From Ginglymostoma cirratum (Eukaryota), in assembly GCA_024137785.1 (NCBI GenBank), contig JAHRHZ010000283.1, positions 16,848,069-16,912,068 on the forward strand: a DNA stretch of 64,000 nucleotides, read 5' to 3'. Positions 38,201-51,956 of this stretch are shown one piece after another. Made by a program: the position numbers and the translations under genes. The notes beneath the pieces were generated by a model. That model was not told the origin of the DNA. It saw only the letters and a list, made by a program, of their open reading frames with translations, and did no database searches. The first letter of the stretch is position 1, and every line of letters begins with the position of its first letter.

Positions 38201-39718
38201 CTTCCACAGTAGGTGGTGGTTGGGGTGAGGGGTTGAGGTGTTTGTTGAAAGGCAATTGGAAGACTCAGTGTCAGGAAGACGGACCTGCAGAGAGAAATCC
38301 TGCTGACCTCCTTTTCCCTGTGACCCCATTCCCAATATCACTGACCTGTAACCCTGGTGCCTCAACAACCCTAGCCTTCAAAGATTGATGTCCACCTCCC
38401 TGGTGGCACTGTTTGCAGTGAGCAGCTGTCAGCCACTAAATGGCTGACTGCTCTTGGAGGGTGAGATCTCTGCTGCAAGTGGCTTTGTGAGATTCTCGTT
38501 AGGTAGTGAGATGCTGATTGATGTTTGTTATTGATTTGATAAGTTCCTTGTTAACACAACAACTCAGGTCATTAATATTCAGCCTCCAATCTTAGCAACC
38601 TTGCCAAACAGACTCGAGTTGGGAAAACTCAACAAGGGAAGTCAGATGGACTCCCTGCGTGATATTCAGCACACCGCTTTCTCTAAATGGCCTCCAGAGA
38701 AGACACTGGCATTACATTCTCAGGGCTCTATCAACAGGCATGCATCCTTTCTCTATGGACATAGGTTGGCAGGTGCCAATCACGACCATCATGGTATCTC
38801 TCTTGGGGATAAGGGCAGAGATCGGGCTAGCTCAAGGAGAATGGAGTTGGGGGTTGGGAGGCTGCAGAACAAGCTGGGAGGACATGGTAGGCTACAGGGA
38901 GTCGGGGAAGGGAGTGTTATTGACTGTAACCACTACAACGGGCTCCACAGGGACAGCCCAAGAGAACAGAGTGGAAATCAGCAGACTGTAATTCCACAGC
39001 TCCCCTCTGCCACCGTTTGGCAGCTGCCTGACTGGTGCAGCTGGTACATCGAATGCCACCCGAGAAACATGGGTTGTATGTGCGAGGATGCATCAGCTGT
39101 GTCGGTGATGTTCTGTGGGCAGCATGACTTTGTGACTGCTGTACCATTACTGTGCTGATGGGAGGGAGGGCTGGATTTTCCGAGTGCGTGGCAGCCATTC
39201 AAATGATACCTTAACCAGGGATACTGTGTTTAAGCAGATATCCACTGCGTAGCGTGTGGTAAAATGAAGTGGAAACTTAAACATGGAAGATCCAATGGCG
39301 TGGGTTATGAAATTAATAACCAAGTTTGTCTAAAAAGGTGAGAAATCTCCTTTGGTCTCGTAGGATAATTTTTCTTTTTAAAAAGACATCTGATGCACCT
39401 CAGATTTACGCAATGGTCAGCATCTTACGTTGTTCTGGCTATTCCCAATGATGATGATGTAAAGATGCCACCGATGACAGCACACTTTGCCAATGGTGAT
39501 GGAGACACCAAGCAAGGGAGCTGAGCAATTCTCTGGGACATCCACCAGGAGATGGCAATGTTCAGGGAAAGCAGCTGGAATAGTCTAATAGACTGGCTTT
39601 GAAAAAAAAACCTGTGTCCGTGATAGGGAGTAGGGCTGACAAAGAGAGAAATCAGACAGGCAGGCAGAGAGACAGAGGAATTCCTATGCACACTTTATGG
39701 TCATTCTCTGAACATAGT

Positions 39719-40056
39719 GGCGGCACAGTCGCTCAGCGGTTAGCACTGCAGCCTCACAGCACCAGGAATCCAGGTTCAATTCCGGCCTCAGGCACCTGTC
39801 TGTGTGGAGTTTGCACATTCTCCCCCTGTCTGTGTGGGTTTCCTCCTACAGTCCAAAGATGTGCGGGTTAGGTGGATTGGCCATACTAAATTGCCCACAT
39901 TGTTCAGGGATGTGTAGGTTAGGTGGATTAGCCATGGGAAATGCAGGGTTACAGGGGTAAGGTAGGGGGGAAGGTTCTCGGTGAGATGCTCTTCAGAGAG
40001 TCAGTATGGACTTGTTGGGCCAAATGGCCTGTTTCCACACAGTAGGGATTCTATGA
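39719..40056 (+). mobile_element. HE1 SINE (V-SINE), near full length
   Basis: tRNA head ggcggcacagtcgctcagcggttagcactgc..., B box GGTTCAATTCC, V-domain gtgtggagtttgcacattctcccc...cagtccaaagatgtgc, CR1-type tail ggccaaatggcctgtttccacac.gtagggattctatga. Confidence 0.92.
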
Positions 40057-40358
40057 AAATTTCCTTGTTTCTCAATTTCTGTTGCTGTTTGAAATGACCT
40101 GTGGAATAAAGAATCCCTGCTTCATGACCCTGGGGCCTTTTGTGTATTCATATGTCGTCGTTATGCCATGAATCCATCCTCTAATTTACAGGAAATGGTA
40201 TCGATATCCAAGTACGTTCAGCAACCTCTCTGTTTAATTTGGTAAGCAGCAGCAAAAATTCTGCTACAAAGCAAACGATACATAGCGGACCAAAATCAGA
40301 CCCAAGCATATCCATGTGTGTATGCAGCTACCACATGCAATCTGTTTCAGAAAAACAC

Positions 40359-43300
40359 ATTCACTCATTGAATGTGAGCACTGCAGGCAAGACCAGCGTT
40401 TGTTGCTCATACCACGTTGTCTTTTGGAAGCTTTGTTGAGTTGCTTTCTTAAACCTATTAATTGAATGTTGGAGGCAATGTGAGTTTGAAGCTGTGGAAC
40501 TCTTGCATCTTGACCTAGATGCGGTGGATGATGTCAGGATGGTAAGTGGCTTGGAGGGGAACTAACAGGTGGTGGTGCACCCATGTCTTTGCTGCCGTTG
40601 TCTTTCTAGGTGGTGGAGGTTGTGGCAGTTGATGCTGGAGAAGCCTCAGAACCTTGAAGAGATGTTGCTGTTCTTATCACTTGACTGGGAAGAGTACGAT
40701 AATAATCATACCCTACTTTTTCATCAGCCATCTCAAAATGGAATAATCCCAATGAGACTACCACAGCGACTAAAATTTGCCCAAGTGACTGCTGCTCAGG
40801 ACAAAAATAATTCCCGCCTCATCTGATCACTAACAGAAAAAAAAAGTCTCTTTATTTTAACACTCATAAATTCAGCAGAAAAGCAGGGAGAGATTTCTAA
40901 GTTACCACTGAGCTACCTAAATTATACTCCTTCAAAGTGTTCAAGCAGACATGTTTAAGACAGATAAAAGACACTGGTAACAAGGGTGGAGAAACAATAT
41001 AAAGACAAGATGATTATAATTCCAAAATCATAAGTTCACGTTTCAAAGGTGTGTTAAATTATGTGCCAGCCATTTTTTTTATTATTTACACTGATAGCAA
41101 GTTCGTGCCTGGAGTCACGTTGTTGTTCTTCAACTTGACAGTGAATCAAGTGGACCGAAGTCGCAGTGTTAGAAATCTTTCCTTAGAGCATTCTTGGCTT
41201 TTCTGTGATGTGGAACAAGTGACAGATTCATCTCTCCCTTGCACTTTCAGGGTCTGGATGTTTCTTTCTCTGCTGCCCTGGTATTTACAAGTGCGATACT
41301 TCGCAGTTTATCCAATCACAGAGCTACCGTTGGGCAGAATGTCTTTAACTCAAAAGACATTCGTGCTGTTCACTCTCTCGTTCTCCCCCTCAGTGCTTCA
41401 CAAAAGCAACATTGTATTGCACAGCTGAAAAATACGAAACACTTTAAGAATCAAAGCTCAACTTGTATTTCATTTGTTAAGTAGTCGAACTTTGATTTCA
41501 TCTTATAGTTGCAAAAAAAAACATATGTCATCTCCGCAGTGCATCTTGTACATTGCTGTCACTGTGCATCAGTGATGGGAAAAGTGAACGTTAAAGGTTG
41601 TGAACGCGGTGCCAATCAAGTGGGCTATTTTGCCCTGGGTGGTGTTAAGCTTCTTGTGTTATTAGAGCTGAGCTTAACCAGGCAAGTGGACAGTATTCCC
41701 TCGCATTCCTGACTTGTGCTTATTTGTTCGTCAATAGGCTTTGGGCAGTCAGGAGATGAGTTACTCACTTCAGAATTCTCAGCCTCTTACTCTGAGAACT
41801 ACAGGTTTGCAGACAGGTCGACTTAAATTTCTAGTCAATGATAACTCCCAGGATATTGATGATGGGGGATTTGTTGATTGCAACATTGTTGATTTGCTAT
41901 TGTTGAGGCTGGTTTTGCCTGGAATTATTGTAATTTGTTTCAGTTGGCTACTTAGCAGTCTGATGCTGATGGAAGTCTTAGTCTCGGTTTTGCTGCAGAT
42001 GGGAGAGACTAATTCATTATCTGAAGAGTTGTGAATGCTGCTGAACATTGTGCAATCATTCATGAACGTGCCACTTCTGACTTGATAGATAGAAGGTCAT
42101 TGATGAAGCAGCTTAAGGGGATTTGGGCCTCGGAGACTATATTAGCTATGTAGAGGGCTTGTGTTCAAGCCCCAGAGGTGTGTTGTAATGTCTCTAAACA
42201 AGTTATTAAAAATATCTATGTTAGCTACGACTCCAGCAATATTCATGTTCCCCAGTTCTCTTCAGTTTTGCTTGGGTTCCTTGGTCAAATGCTGCCTCCA
42301 TGTTAAGAGCAGTCACTCTACCTCATCTCTTGATTTCACTTCTTTTGTCCATGGTTGGTACAGCCTGTGATGAAGACTGAAGTCGAATGATCCTGGTAGT
42401 ATCATAATTGAGTATCGGTGTGTGGGTTTTAAACGACTAATTACAAATTGATAGAACTGTCAATGGCACCTTCTGTTATTTTGATGATTAAGCGTAGTTT
42501 GATTACAACAGTAATTGGCTACAATGAATGTTTACAGCCTTCTGTGGAAAGGATATCCCTGGACAATTATGCACATTAAGTTAGTTTTGTCGTTGTCTGG
42601 GAAAAGCTCCATGAGAAGTGTGGCAACTTCCAAGGCATATATCATCTTCAGTACAGATGGGATGTCGTCCGAATCATATTTTTATGTATCAAGCGCACTC
42701 AACCATTTTTGGATATCCTGGGGAGTGAATCAAGTTGGTACAGTCAGTTATAATAGTGACCTCAACAGGAGACCGAGATGGATCATCAATTTTTGGTTGC
42801 GAATGCTTCAATCTTGTGTTGAGCACCTCTGCTGGGTCCTGCCATCATTGAAGATGGGGATATTCGTAGACTGCCATTATTTGTTCAATTGCCCACCAGC
42901 ATTCTGAAATGTCATAACTGCAGAACTCTAACCTGCTACGCTAGTTGTGAGATTGTTGAACTCCATCCATGGAATGCTGATTCTGGAGTTCAGCATGAAT
43001 GTGGTCGTATGTCGCGATTCTACCAAATTGGTTGCTCATTTTTGCTGAAACCAGATATTGCTACTGACATGATCTCCTACACACTTCTTTCAACCTGGGC
43101 TGATCCTCTGGCTTCATAGTAGAGTGAGGGGTATATTGGGCCTAACGTTACAAATTATGATGGAATCTAATTCTGCTGCTGTGGGCCACAGCACCTCATG
43201 GGTCCTAGTTTTTAGTTGCTAGATCTGAACTGAATCTATTCCATTTAGTGTGGTGTTAGTACAACATGATAGAGGGTCACCACTGTGTGAAGGCAAAACT

Positions 43301-43810
43301 TCGCACAAGGACTATGCAAGGATCACACTTGCCAGTAGTTCAGGGATTGATGCATCTACAAAGTTAGATTGGTGAGGATTAAGTTAGGCAGCAGCTTCCC
43401 TTGTGTTGATTCTCTCACCACCTGCTATGAGCTTAGTCCAGCAACTTTCTCCATCAGGGCTGGTCTGTAATGGTGCCACAAAGTAACTCTGTGCTGGATA
43501 TGATGCATCCCTACTAGAGAACATTCTATGCCTTCGGTAACTTCAGTACTGTTTCCAATCTGTAGTATTCAAAGGGAGCATGATGATTCATCAACTGAGG
43601 GAGGATAATAGATGACGATCAGGCTGTCTCCATGTCCATTGTCTGACCTGATGTGATGAAACCTCATGAGGTCTGTAATCTCATCGTTGTGGACTCCAAG
43701 GGCCATCTCTTCCAAACAGTATACCTCTGTGCGTCCTCCTCTGGTGGATTTCTCCTGCCGGTGAGACAGGCTATAACCCGAAAGAATGGTGATGGATGTT
43801 GACTGAAAGG
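40359..43810 (-). mobile_element. Long decayed CR1/L2-group LINE (APE to RT to 3' tail), interrupted at about 40630-41532
   Basis: ORF 43569-43844 has APE motifs SGYSLSHRQEKSTRGG.T.VY and YYPPS.DES; RT codons gtgagagtgactgctcttaacatggaggcagcatttgaccaag (VRVTAL.ME.AFD) near 42280-42320; 3' tail at 40359 matches 48820 and 51523 copies. Confidence 0.8.
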
Positions 43811-45254
43811 TGTTGTGTTCATCTTTCAGGGACACTAAGATCATATTTCAATGAAGCTACTATGTCGTGGAGCTCAATGTCTTGAGAATGAGACTCCTTG
43901 AGATTGGGAATATATTATTAAATAATAGATTTATTGAATAAAAGCTTGGAAATGGCAACCTAGGTATTGAAGTGCTGCACTGAACATGTGGAACACTGTG
44001 CATTTCTGGCTTGAGAAAGACAGACAGCAGGGACTTTGAAAATAGAAACCAGCAATGGGAACAACAGCAAAAGGGACAAATCTCAAGACTGATAATGATA
44101 AACAGGAACAAGGGCAAGATTGAGCAAAAAAAGACTCAGCTGAAGGAGTCCCTCGTGGTGGAAATGGGCATCAGGGACATGAAAAATAGTGTGGAAGCAG
44201 TAGGTGAGAGAAGAGGAGATCTATCGTTGACAGCAGAGTGGAGTGCTTGGTAAAACAACAAGTGCACATGCAGACGATGCAGCAGGAAGTCTGTACCTAA
44301 CAATGTGATCATGAACATTGTAACATTACCATAACACAGTACATTCCCTTATGTATACTTCAAACCAAATAAAGTGATGACTTTGTGTAATTTGAATGAG
44401 CAGCAAGTAGTTTCACCCTTGGATGTTAAACATTGTGAGGAAAAGCCTTCCTGAGCAAGGTTAGTCAGCTGTTTCAAGATTAGGCTGGCTCTTGATCAAG
44501 TGGAGACGATATGAGCAAGTTAGTTAATTGGTGACTGAGAAAAGAGTGAAACGAGACTGTGGGAGGCCTGAGATCTACTGGCATGTAAAAGGAGGAGTTA
44601 ATATTGCAACAGGGTCAATAGGTCTGTGGAGCCATACTTAGGGTAAGGAAGTGCTCTGCCTTTTGGAGCTGGTAATTTCTTTGAAGGAAATAGATGGGCA
44701 AGGTGAGTTGAGTCAAATGAAAACACATTTGCTCATTGCATTGACGTGGTGGAAATGTGATTAAAAATTGAATGTGTTTGTAATGCAGCACACGTGCTGT
44801 AATTCTCAGAATGATGTCCAGGCACGGTGTAAGAAGTAGAAGTAAGTGTATCCAGAGGATGAAAATTAAGTCATGCAACATAAAAGTAAATTAGTGGCTT
44901 TTCAAAACGATCATAACCCAAGGGAGAATCCTGTCTTGTGACATACTTCTGAACACTTCTTCCTGGAACCAGACTGTTGCCATTTTTTTTCCTAAAGGTG
45001 TTTCAAACCCATTTGAATTCCATTTCACCATTTCCTGTTTGAAACATGCTCCCATCATCTTTGACCTGCTCAAATTGTGCAGCGTTTATTAGTTACATAG
45101 ATAATGTTGTGATGTTTATTTGTGGTGACAGCTTAAAGACTTCAGCCAGCTTCATATTCATTTATGGATTTCATGCGACATTACTCGGTGATGGGTCAGG
45201 ATGTTGGCCATTTGCAGAGTATTTGCAGCAATAGATTGGCCATTGGTTTCAAAA

Positions 45255-45675
45255 CAATGAAAAGACTTGTACTTCTGTAGAACCATTCACAACTGTAGGG
45301 TGTCCTGATTTTGTTTTCCTGCCAGAGAGGTTGTTTTGAAATGTAGCTGCTATCATAACATAAGAGATGAAAGCAGCAAGCTCTCAAAAAGAGAAATATC
45401 GTAATGAGCAGGAGATCTGTTTCGGTGATGCTGCTTGAGATGTGAACATTGGCATTAGAGGAAAAATTGCTTCCTGTTCTTTGAAAACATATCTTGGGAT
45501 TTTTGCATCCTCCTGAGAAGAAAGATTAGCCTCTCATCTGATGGGTAGCATCCCTCAGTGTCGCTGTTTGAGTGCCGGGATAGATCTTGTGCTGATGGCT
45601 CTGATGTAGGAACTGTACCCTTGCAGTTTTGATTCTGAAGCGAGATTGCTTCCGTGAGGAACCACTGACAGCCCC
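45255..45675 (-). mobile_element. DeuSINE/SacSINE-like SINE, decayed
   Basis: aaagacttgtacttctgtag tail; cagcaagctctc; ttgggatttttgcatcc; gcatccctcagtgtcgctg; head ends accactgacagcc. Confidence 0.7.
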
Positions 45676-45949
45676 CTCAAAACATATCATGTGACATGTT
45701 AAAAGGACGTTCTTATATGTAAGCCTTATGGCTACTGAGAGATCCATACTGCCAAGATATAGCATTGTGTTTAATACTCCTAGACTGCCTTGGGGAACAT
45801 TGCAGATAATCATTCCTCCTTCCTTTTCACTGGTGCTGTCGGCATGTGAACCTTGCTGGAGCCAGTGTTCTGATCATTACAGTTGAGAACGTTTCAGACA
45901 AAATAACTGGGGGCAAAAGGTCTCATTTAGAAAAATGTAGTAAACGAAG

Positions 45950-47095
45950 CGGTAGAGGTAAGGCGAGACGAAAGGTATTAATATAGGAGGTGATAAACAA
46001 GCCAAGACAGAAAGGAATAGCAAGTATGCCAGCTAGAGTAAATCAAGAAAAAGAGATGAGGTTACGTAAGCAATAAAAAGACTAATCTAAAGACTCTGCC
46101 AATATGACTGTGCATGACATTTGGGATAAAAAAATAAATGGACTGATGGAACACATAGAAATAAGTAAGTACAGAGATACAGCTGCAGGATAATATGGAT
46201 TGGAACTTGAATATGAAATGATACAAAGCATTTCGGAGGGTAAGGAAACATTGAAATGTTGGAGGGGTGGCTCTGTTAACTACTGATGGTATTAGAGGCA
46301 TAATAGAGAAGGATGACCTAAATTCAGGAATGTTAATGATAAAGGCAAGAAGTCAGTTATCGGATAAAGTCCCCCTTGTAGTAACTAGGTTGTAAGATGT
46401 AGTATAAAGAATGAATTAATGAGAACTTGTCAGAAAGATACAATGATAATCATGGGAGATTTTAATGTCCATGTAAGCTAGAAAATCAGGTAGTCAAAAA
46501 TAAGGAATTGATAAAGTATTTTTGGGACAGTTTGTTAGGACAATACATTCTGGAGCCAACCGGATGGCAGGCTGCATGAATCCACTGGTATTCTGTAACA
46601 AGATAAGATCAATTAATAACCGCATCGTGAAGGTGCTCCTGGACTAACACGATTGAATTTTACATTCAGTTTAAAGGAGAGAAGAGTGGGTCCCACTATT
46701 TACAACTTAAATAAGGGCAATTAAAAGAGCATTCGAAACCGAGCTAGCTAAACTGGGCTGATACATTAGGTTCCGAGGTAGACTGTTAGAGATTCAGTGG
46801 TAGACCTTTAGGGGGATACTTCAGAATACATGGAATAGATGCATTCCAATGAGAAAATAAAATTCTAAGGTGGTGGGAGTGGGGAGTCGGAATCTTCCAT
46901 CTGTAGGAAAATAAAATGTTTGTTAGTATCAGACTTAAAGATGAAGTATTTAGTTATGCAAAGGTGGATGGCAGACCAGAAGATCAGACTGAATATGACA
47001 AAACTGCAAAGAATAAACAGAAAATTAATAGTTATTACTAACACATTAATGTACTTAAAATGTTACCTAGAAATGTAAAAACAGGTGGTATGAGT
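45950..47095 (+). mobile_element. CR1 LINE 5' part (endonuclease region), decayed
   Basis: ggaggggtggctctgtta (GGVAL), ataatcatgggagattttaat (IMGDFN), caatacattctggagccaac (QYILEP). Confidence 0.8.
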
Positions 47096-47098
47096 TAT

Positions 47099-47760
47099 TG
47101 TGATGAAGATTCACGATATGTTCACGTTATTATTTGTAAGTTCGAGTTTTGAAGTGGATAGCTTTAAAATTCACTGTTTTTCTATGCTGCATGTTTTATG
47201 AAGAATAGACATAGTTTTAATTTCATTTTTGACTTCAATGAATTGTCACAGGTCATCTCAAGATTTGTTTGCATGCATTTGAAGGCGTTTGTTTGCATTC
47301 TTTAAACTCGTGAGATGAATAATCCAGTGCCTTTGAAACAGGGGGTGGATGAGAGAAAAATAATTGAGCTACTCTCTCTCAAAAATGTGAGCTATGACAT
47401 AGAGAGGCAGAGATAGAACCAGTGTTTTTAGATTGGCAGAACCATCCAGAAAGATATGGAGTGTGAAGGTTTCTTTCAGAGAGAAAAGTAGGTCATTTCA
47501 GAGGAAAGAAAAGACAGTAGCTGCAGCATTCTTAAAAAGTATCCAGTAAGATCATAGAAGTCTGAAGTGGCTTAGTGTCAATGATGGGAAATCTCCACAA
47601 ATGGAATGCTGTGGAAAAGGAGTTTAAGGAACTCATGTTAGGAGAAAGTGAGTTTGTGCTAGCAGTTCATTTGATGATTGCAGGAAGAAATATTATTGTA
47701 TTATGATATTCAGTCTTTTGGTTCCACGAGTACAGTTTTGGCATTAAGATACCATCTATG
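47099..47760. mobile_element. Possible LTR-like insertion truncating the CR1
   Basis: CR1 similarity stops abruptly at TGtgatgaag; no second boundary or TSD found. Confidence 0.2.
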
Positions 47761-48819
47761 GTGTATGCGAGCATCTTGCTGGTAATGGCCATTCTGGATG
47801 CAGTTTTGCTGAGGACTTTAGTGCGTACACAATTCCATGTACCGGAATTATGTAGAGCATGTAGATTTGTGTGTAAAGCTGGTTAACATTTCAGAGTTCA
47901 CTGTTTAATCCTCATACAGCTGACCCTGTATTCAACAGCAGTAAGCTCCTTCACCACCCAATACCACTTAAGGGTTAGATGCTGACTGTACAAGTGTTCA
48001 TTGGCCTCCAGTGTCTGCTCATGCCTGCAGCGAGTGAGGTAGCCAGTGCTAAAGGACTTTGTATGAAGGATTTTAGTACACTTAATTTACTCCCTGCCAT
48101 GTGAATTGTAAGATGCATTCCTTAGACTAGCAGAATGAGCTGAGGGGACACAGAGGTTGACATGCCATTGGAAGAGAAAGATGGAGGTCATTTTCAGTCA
48201 GGACACTCTAGGAGTGATTGTCCTGCATGAATCCCCTTCGGGAACAAAAGATGAAATGTCTACAGTTCACAAAGTTTCTACATACTGAAATCTGCCACTA
48301 GAACCACAAACACAAACTAAAAGCAGAGCATGGGCAATATTGCCAGCACACGTGAAGATGATGTCAGCCATGGGCTTTTACATATCTAGCTCCTTCCTGA
48401 TAGCAGTTGTCAATCTTAATATTTCCCGTGTTGTATGAAGGAAGTCACCGATGTTCTGTATTCTGAGAGAGGTGCACATAGTTCCTTCCTTCCTTGTGGT
48501 TCCACATTGCCCATTTCAGAATCCCCCTGAGGGCATGCGCTCTGCTGATATGTTTCACACCAACAGGAACTCTGCTCCCTCAACTTTGATCTGATGTGTC
48601 AATGTAGGTGGTGAAACATACAAGACAGTGTCAGAGCCCTTGCTGCAGCTCTGATGCTTTCGTTCTACATTTCATTTGCCATAATACAACAAAGGTGCCT
48701 CGGGGATGACAGGGCCATTTATTAACAACTTTGCTCCTAGTTCTGGTGTACAGACCAGAAACATGTTGATTGCATTCATAAAATTAACGCATGCTACCCT
48801 TGTTTACAAAGATTCTGTC

Positions 48820-49630
48820 ACGGATATGGCAGTCACTGGCTGGGTTCAGCACTTATTGCCCATCCATAGCTGCCCTCGAGTAGATGGTGGGCTGCCTTTT
48901 TGAACCACTGCAGTTCATGTGGGTTGACCCACAATGCCCTTAGGGAGGGAGTTCCAGGATTTTGACCCACTGAAGGAACTTTAATATATTTCCAAGTCAG
49001 GATGGTGAGTGGCTTGGAGAGGAACTTGCAGTTGGCCCTATTCCCATGTGTCAGCTTCCCTTATCCTTCCAGATGGTGATAGTCATAGATTTGGAAGGTG
49101 CTATCAATGATGTTTTGGTGAATTTCTGTGGTTTGTCATGTCGCTGGTACACACTGCGGTGACTATGCATTGGTGGTGGAAGGAGTGAATGTTTGTGGAT
49201 AGGGTACCAATCAAGGGGGCTGCTTTGTCCTGGCTAGTACCAAGTTTCTTGAGTGTTGGAGCTCCATCCATACAGGCAAATGGAGAGTATTCCATTCCAC
49301 TCCTGACTTGTGCCTTGTAGATGATGCACAGGCTTTGGGGAGTCAAGAGGAAGGGTACACACTGCAAGGTACCGAGCTTATGACCTATCCTTGCTGATTC
49401 AATGGTAATGCCGCTAAATCGCAAGCAACAGTGGTGAGATTCTCTTTTGTTGGAGATGGTCATTGCGCTGCACTCGAGTGGCTAAAAAGTATACTTCCCA
49501 CTTGTCAGGCCAAGCCTGGACATTTTCTAGCTCTGGATGCATTTTGATGTAGACTGCTTCATTATCTCAGGAACTGTGCCTATCGGGGAGCATTATAAAA
49601 TCATCAGCAAACATTCACACTTCCGACCCT
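48820..49630 (-). mobile_element. CR1/L2-group LINE 3' fragment (same family as 40359-43810)
   Basis: ORF 49104-49463 LLTPQSL..IYKAQVRS.MEYSP...KKL...QDKAA.LIG. Confidence 0.85.
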
Positions 49631-50817
49631 TAGGATGGATGGAAGGTCAACAAAACGTGAAAGAATAGTCCACAGGAGCTTTATAATAAATAGTTGGAGA
49701 GATGTGTTGACCACAACCTTGAATTATACTAAAAAAAACTCTTGATACTGTAGTGAGCCTTCCTGTCATGGCAAATCTGGAGAGTAAACCCACAATGAAG
49801 GTGTTTAGCAAAGGTGTTTATTCACTTGCCATTGACAAAGCTCCATGTGTTGGTCGTGTGCGCTTCTTTGAAATTTACTGTTTGCAGCAAAGGTGAAAAA
49901 AATGACAGTATCGAATGCAAGCAGTTAGTTTTGGAAACTTGGAAACTGGTCAACGTTTAATTTATGAGAGGAAGAGCAGCATCGCGCACTTAAGGTGAAA
50001 TTCACAACAGATAAGGTCATGGACTTCATCCTAGATTTGGAAGTTGTGTATTTCCTGAAATATTACCTTCTGCAACAAAAAATAGTGATGAGTTAATGAT
50101 ACTGCATTACCATGTTTCTCATAACTACAGTCTTGTTTGTGGTTTGACCTTAATGCGACTGGAAATTGAGATACACAATGACCCGCAACTTCCTGCTGCG
50201 ATAGCACTCGGCTGGCCAGAGTGTAAACTTTGCCAGAGACGCATCTTGTCTTTGGCTGTAAGTGGGTACTTTTGATACAGCAGAATGAAAAGATTGTAAA
50301 TGTTGTTTCCGTTGTATTGGTTGATTTAAGTATTTTCTCACATACATAAAAGGCACTGCTGGGATACTGAGGTGGTCGGTACGTAGGAGGAAGAGTTGCG
50401 TAAAACTGCACCTGTGAATAAACTACTGTCGAGAAAGGGATTTGTCTCGAGATTTAAACTTTACCATGTGGCTTGAAATCTTTGTAACAGGATTGCACAG
50501 TCCCAAAAATAAGCATGAGTGAATTGTAATTTCTCAATGGTTGCTATTTATTTTGTGGTCCAGTGCTGTGGAATTGACCAAAAGTTTGAAAGAGTGGCTT
50601 TCACTGCATGGCCAGCCCTGCTTAAATATCTATTGAAATGATTTTTAAAAAAGGCAACGCACATCTCTGTAAATTCTCCAAAAGTCCTCAAGCTCAGGTT
50701 CTTTGATCGCTGGGAAGACACCTTTCAAAGAGCAATGTTGCTTCTTTCCCAAAGGAATGGGAATAATTGATGTTTTTAAACAAATGGGACTCTCAACATT
50801 TTCTTTCCTTCCCTTAG

Positions 50818-50879
50818 GAAATCGACAGTCCAATCTTGACAGAAAGCTCCAGCCTGGTTTTGTTCGCAGCTGTGTGGAG
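50818..50879 (+). other. Candidate 62-nt internal exon (probably UTR)
   Basis: Acceptor attttctttccttcccttag|G and donor GAG|gtaagc in unique sequence; two open frames but no recognised peptide. Confidence 0.35.
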
Positions 50880-51522
50880 GTAAGCCTGGATTTTATCAAC
50901 CCAGAACCTGTCTAAGACAGTGAATTGGGAATATAAGCGTACACCATTGTCCAAGGTCATATGTAATTTATGGTGAATGTTTTACTTGTGACTCTGCATT
51001 ATTTTCGAATGATCAAGTATTGCTGTAAGAAATTGAAATCAAATGAAAAAGTGACATCTTGTAGAAGAGTTGAAAGTCTGAGGCAGTGTTATTCTTTTGG
51101 CAAAAGTATCGCCCCAGATCGTAGGACAGTAACTTGCAACTAAACAATCTGTGTTCCAGTGAGACAGTTATTTTGAGTTTTCTGGTAAATCATTTTCACT
51201 GTTGAATTTGTTTTCTTCTGAAATTATTGCCAATTGTACAGAAATAGATATATAAATAGAAATGATTTGCACAGAAAATTTAGCAGTGCATTGTATCTCC
51301 CAGGCAAATTGCTGAATGTGTTGCTTTTCAAACAAAGCGAAGCCCATCCTTGATACATGGCTGCTCTGCTTATTGAATTGTACAAGCCGCGAATGGAATT
51401 CTCCACACATTATCTCCAAGATGATCTGATGGACATTTATTCACAGTCAGTTAGATTTCATTGCCTAACTATATTTCAATAGAAGTCTGCTGCATTTATA
51501 TTTTTGGTTAATTTAATTTTTT

Positions 51523-51920
51523 TTATTTGTTCATGGGACATGAGCATCACTAGCTGGGCCAGCATTTTTTTTTCCGGCCTGCCCTTAATTGCCTTTGAAG
51601 ATAATGATGGACTTGCCTCTTGACCTGTTATATTCTTTGTGGTGTAGACACGCTGTCGATGCTTTTAAGGAGAAAGTTCCAGGCTTTTCACCCAGCGACC
51701 GCAAGGAGCGTGGATGCTTCCATTATCAGATGGAAAATTCAAGGGGCGATGTTCTTGCATATCTGCTGCCCTTTTACAGGTTTTAAAGCTGCTGTCAAAG
51801 GAGCCTCAGAGACTGAGTGACTTGTTGGAGTTTGTCTTTTTGTAGATAATACGTATTTCTTCTACTGTGTTTTGGTGGTGGAGGTGAATACAGCAATGAT
51901 CAAGGAGGTTAAAATTGTAT
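51523..51920 (-). mobile_element. CR1/L2-group LINE 3' fragment
   Basis: ttatttgttcatgggacatgagcatcactagctgggccagcattt tail and body similar to 48820-49200. Confidence 0.7.
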
Positions 51921-51921
51921 C

Positions 51922-51956
51922 AGAGATAAAAGGTACTGCAGATGCTGGAGAATCCG
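51922..51956 (-). mobile_element. Start of family B Penelope-like element running into the gap
   Basis: agagataaaaggtactgcagatgctggagaatc matches 63346-63378. Confidence 0.75.

Noticed and set aside
38601-39158. 185-aa ORF
   Set aside because: Non-ATG start in a GC-richer repeat-like block with ORFs on both strands; no recognisable protein.
39719-39790. tRNA gene
   Set aside because: tRNA-derived head of an HE1 SINE, continuous with V-domain and LINE tail.
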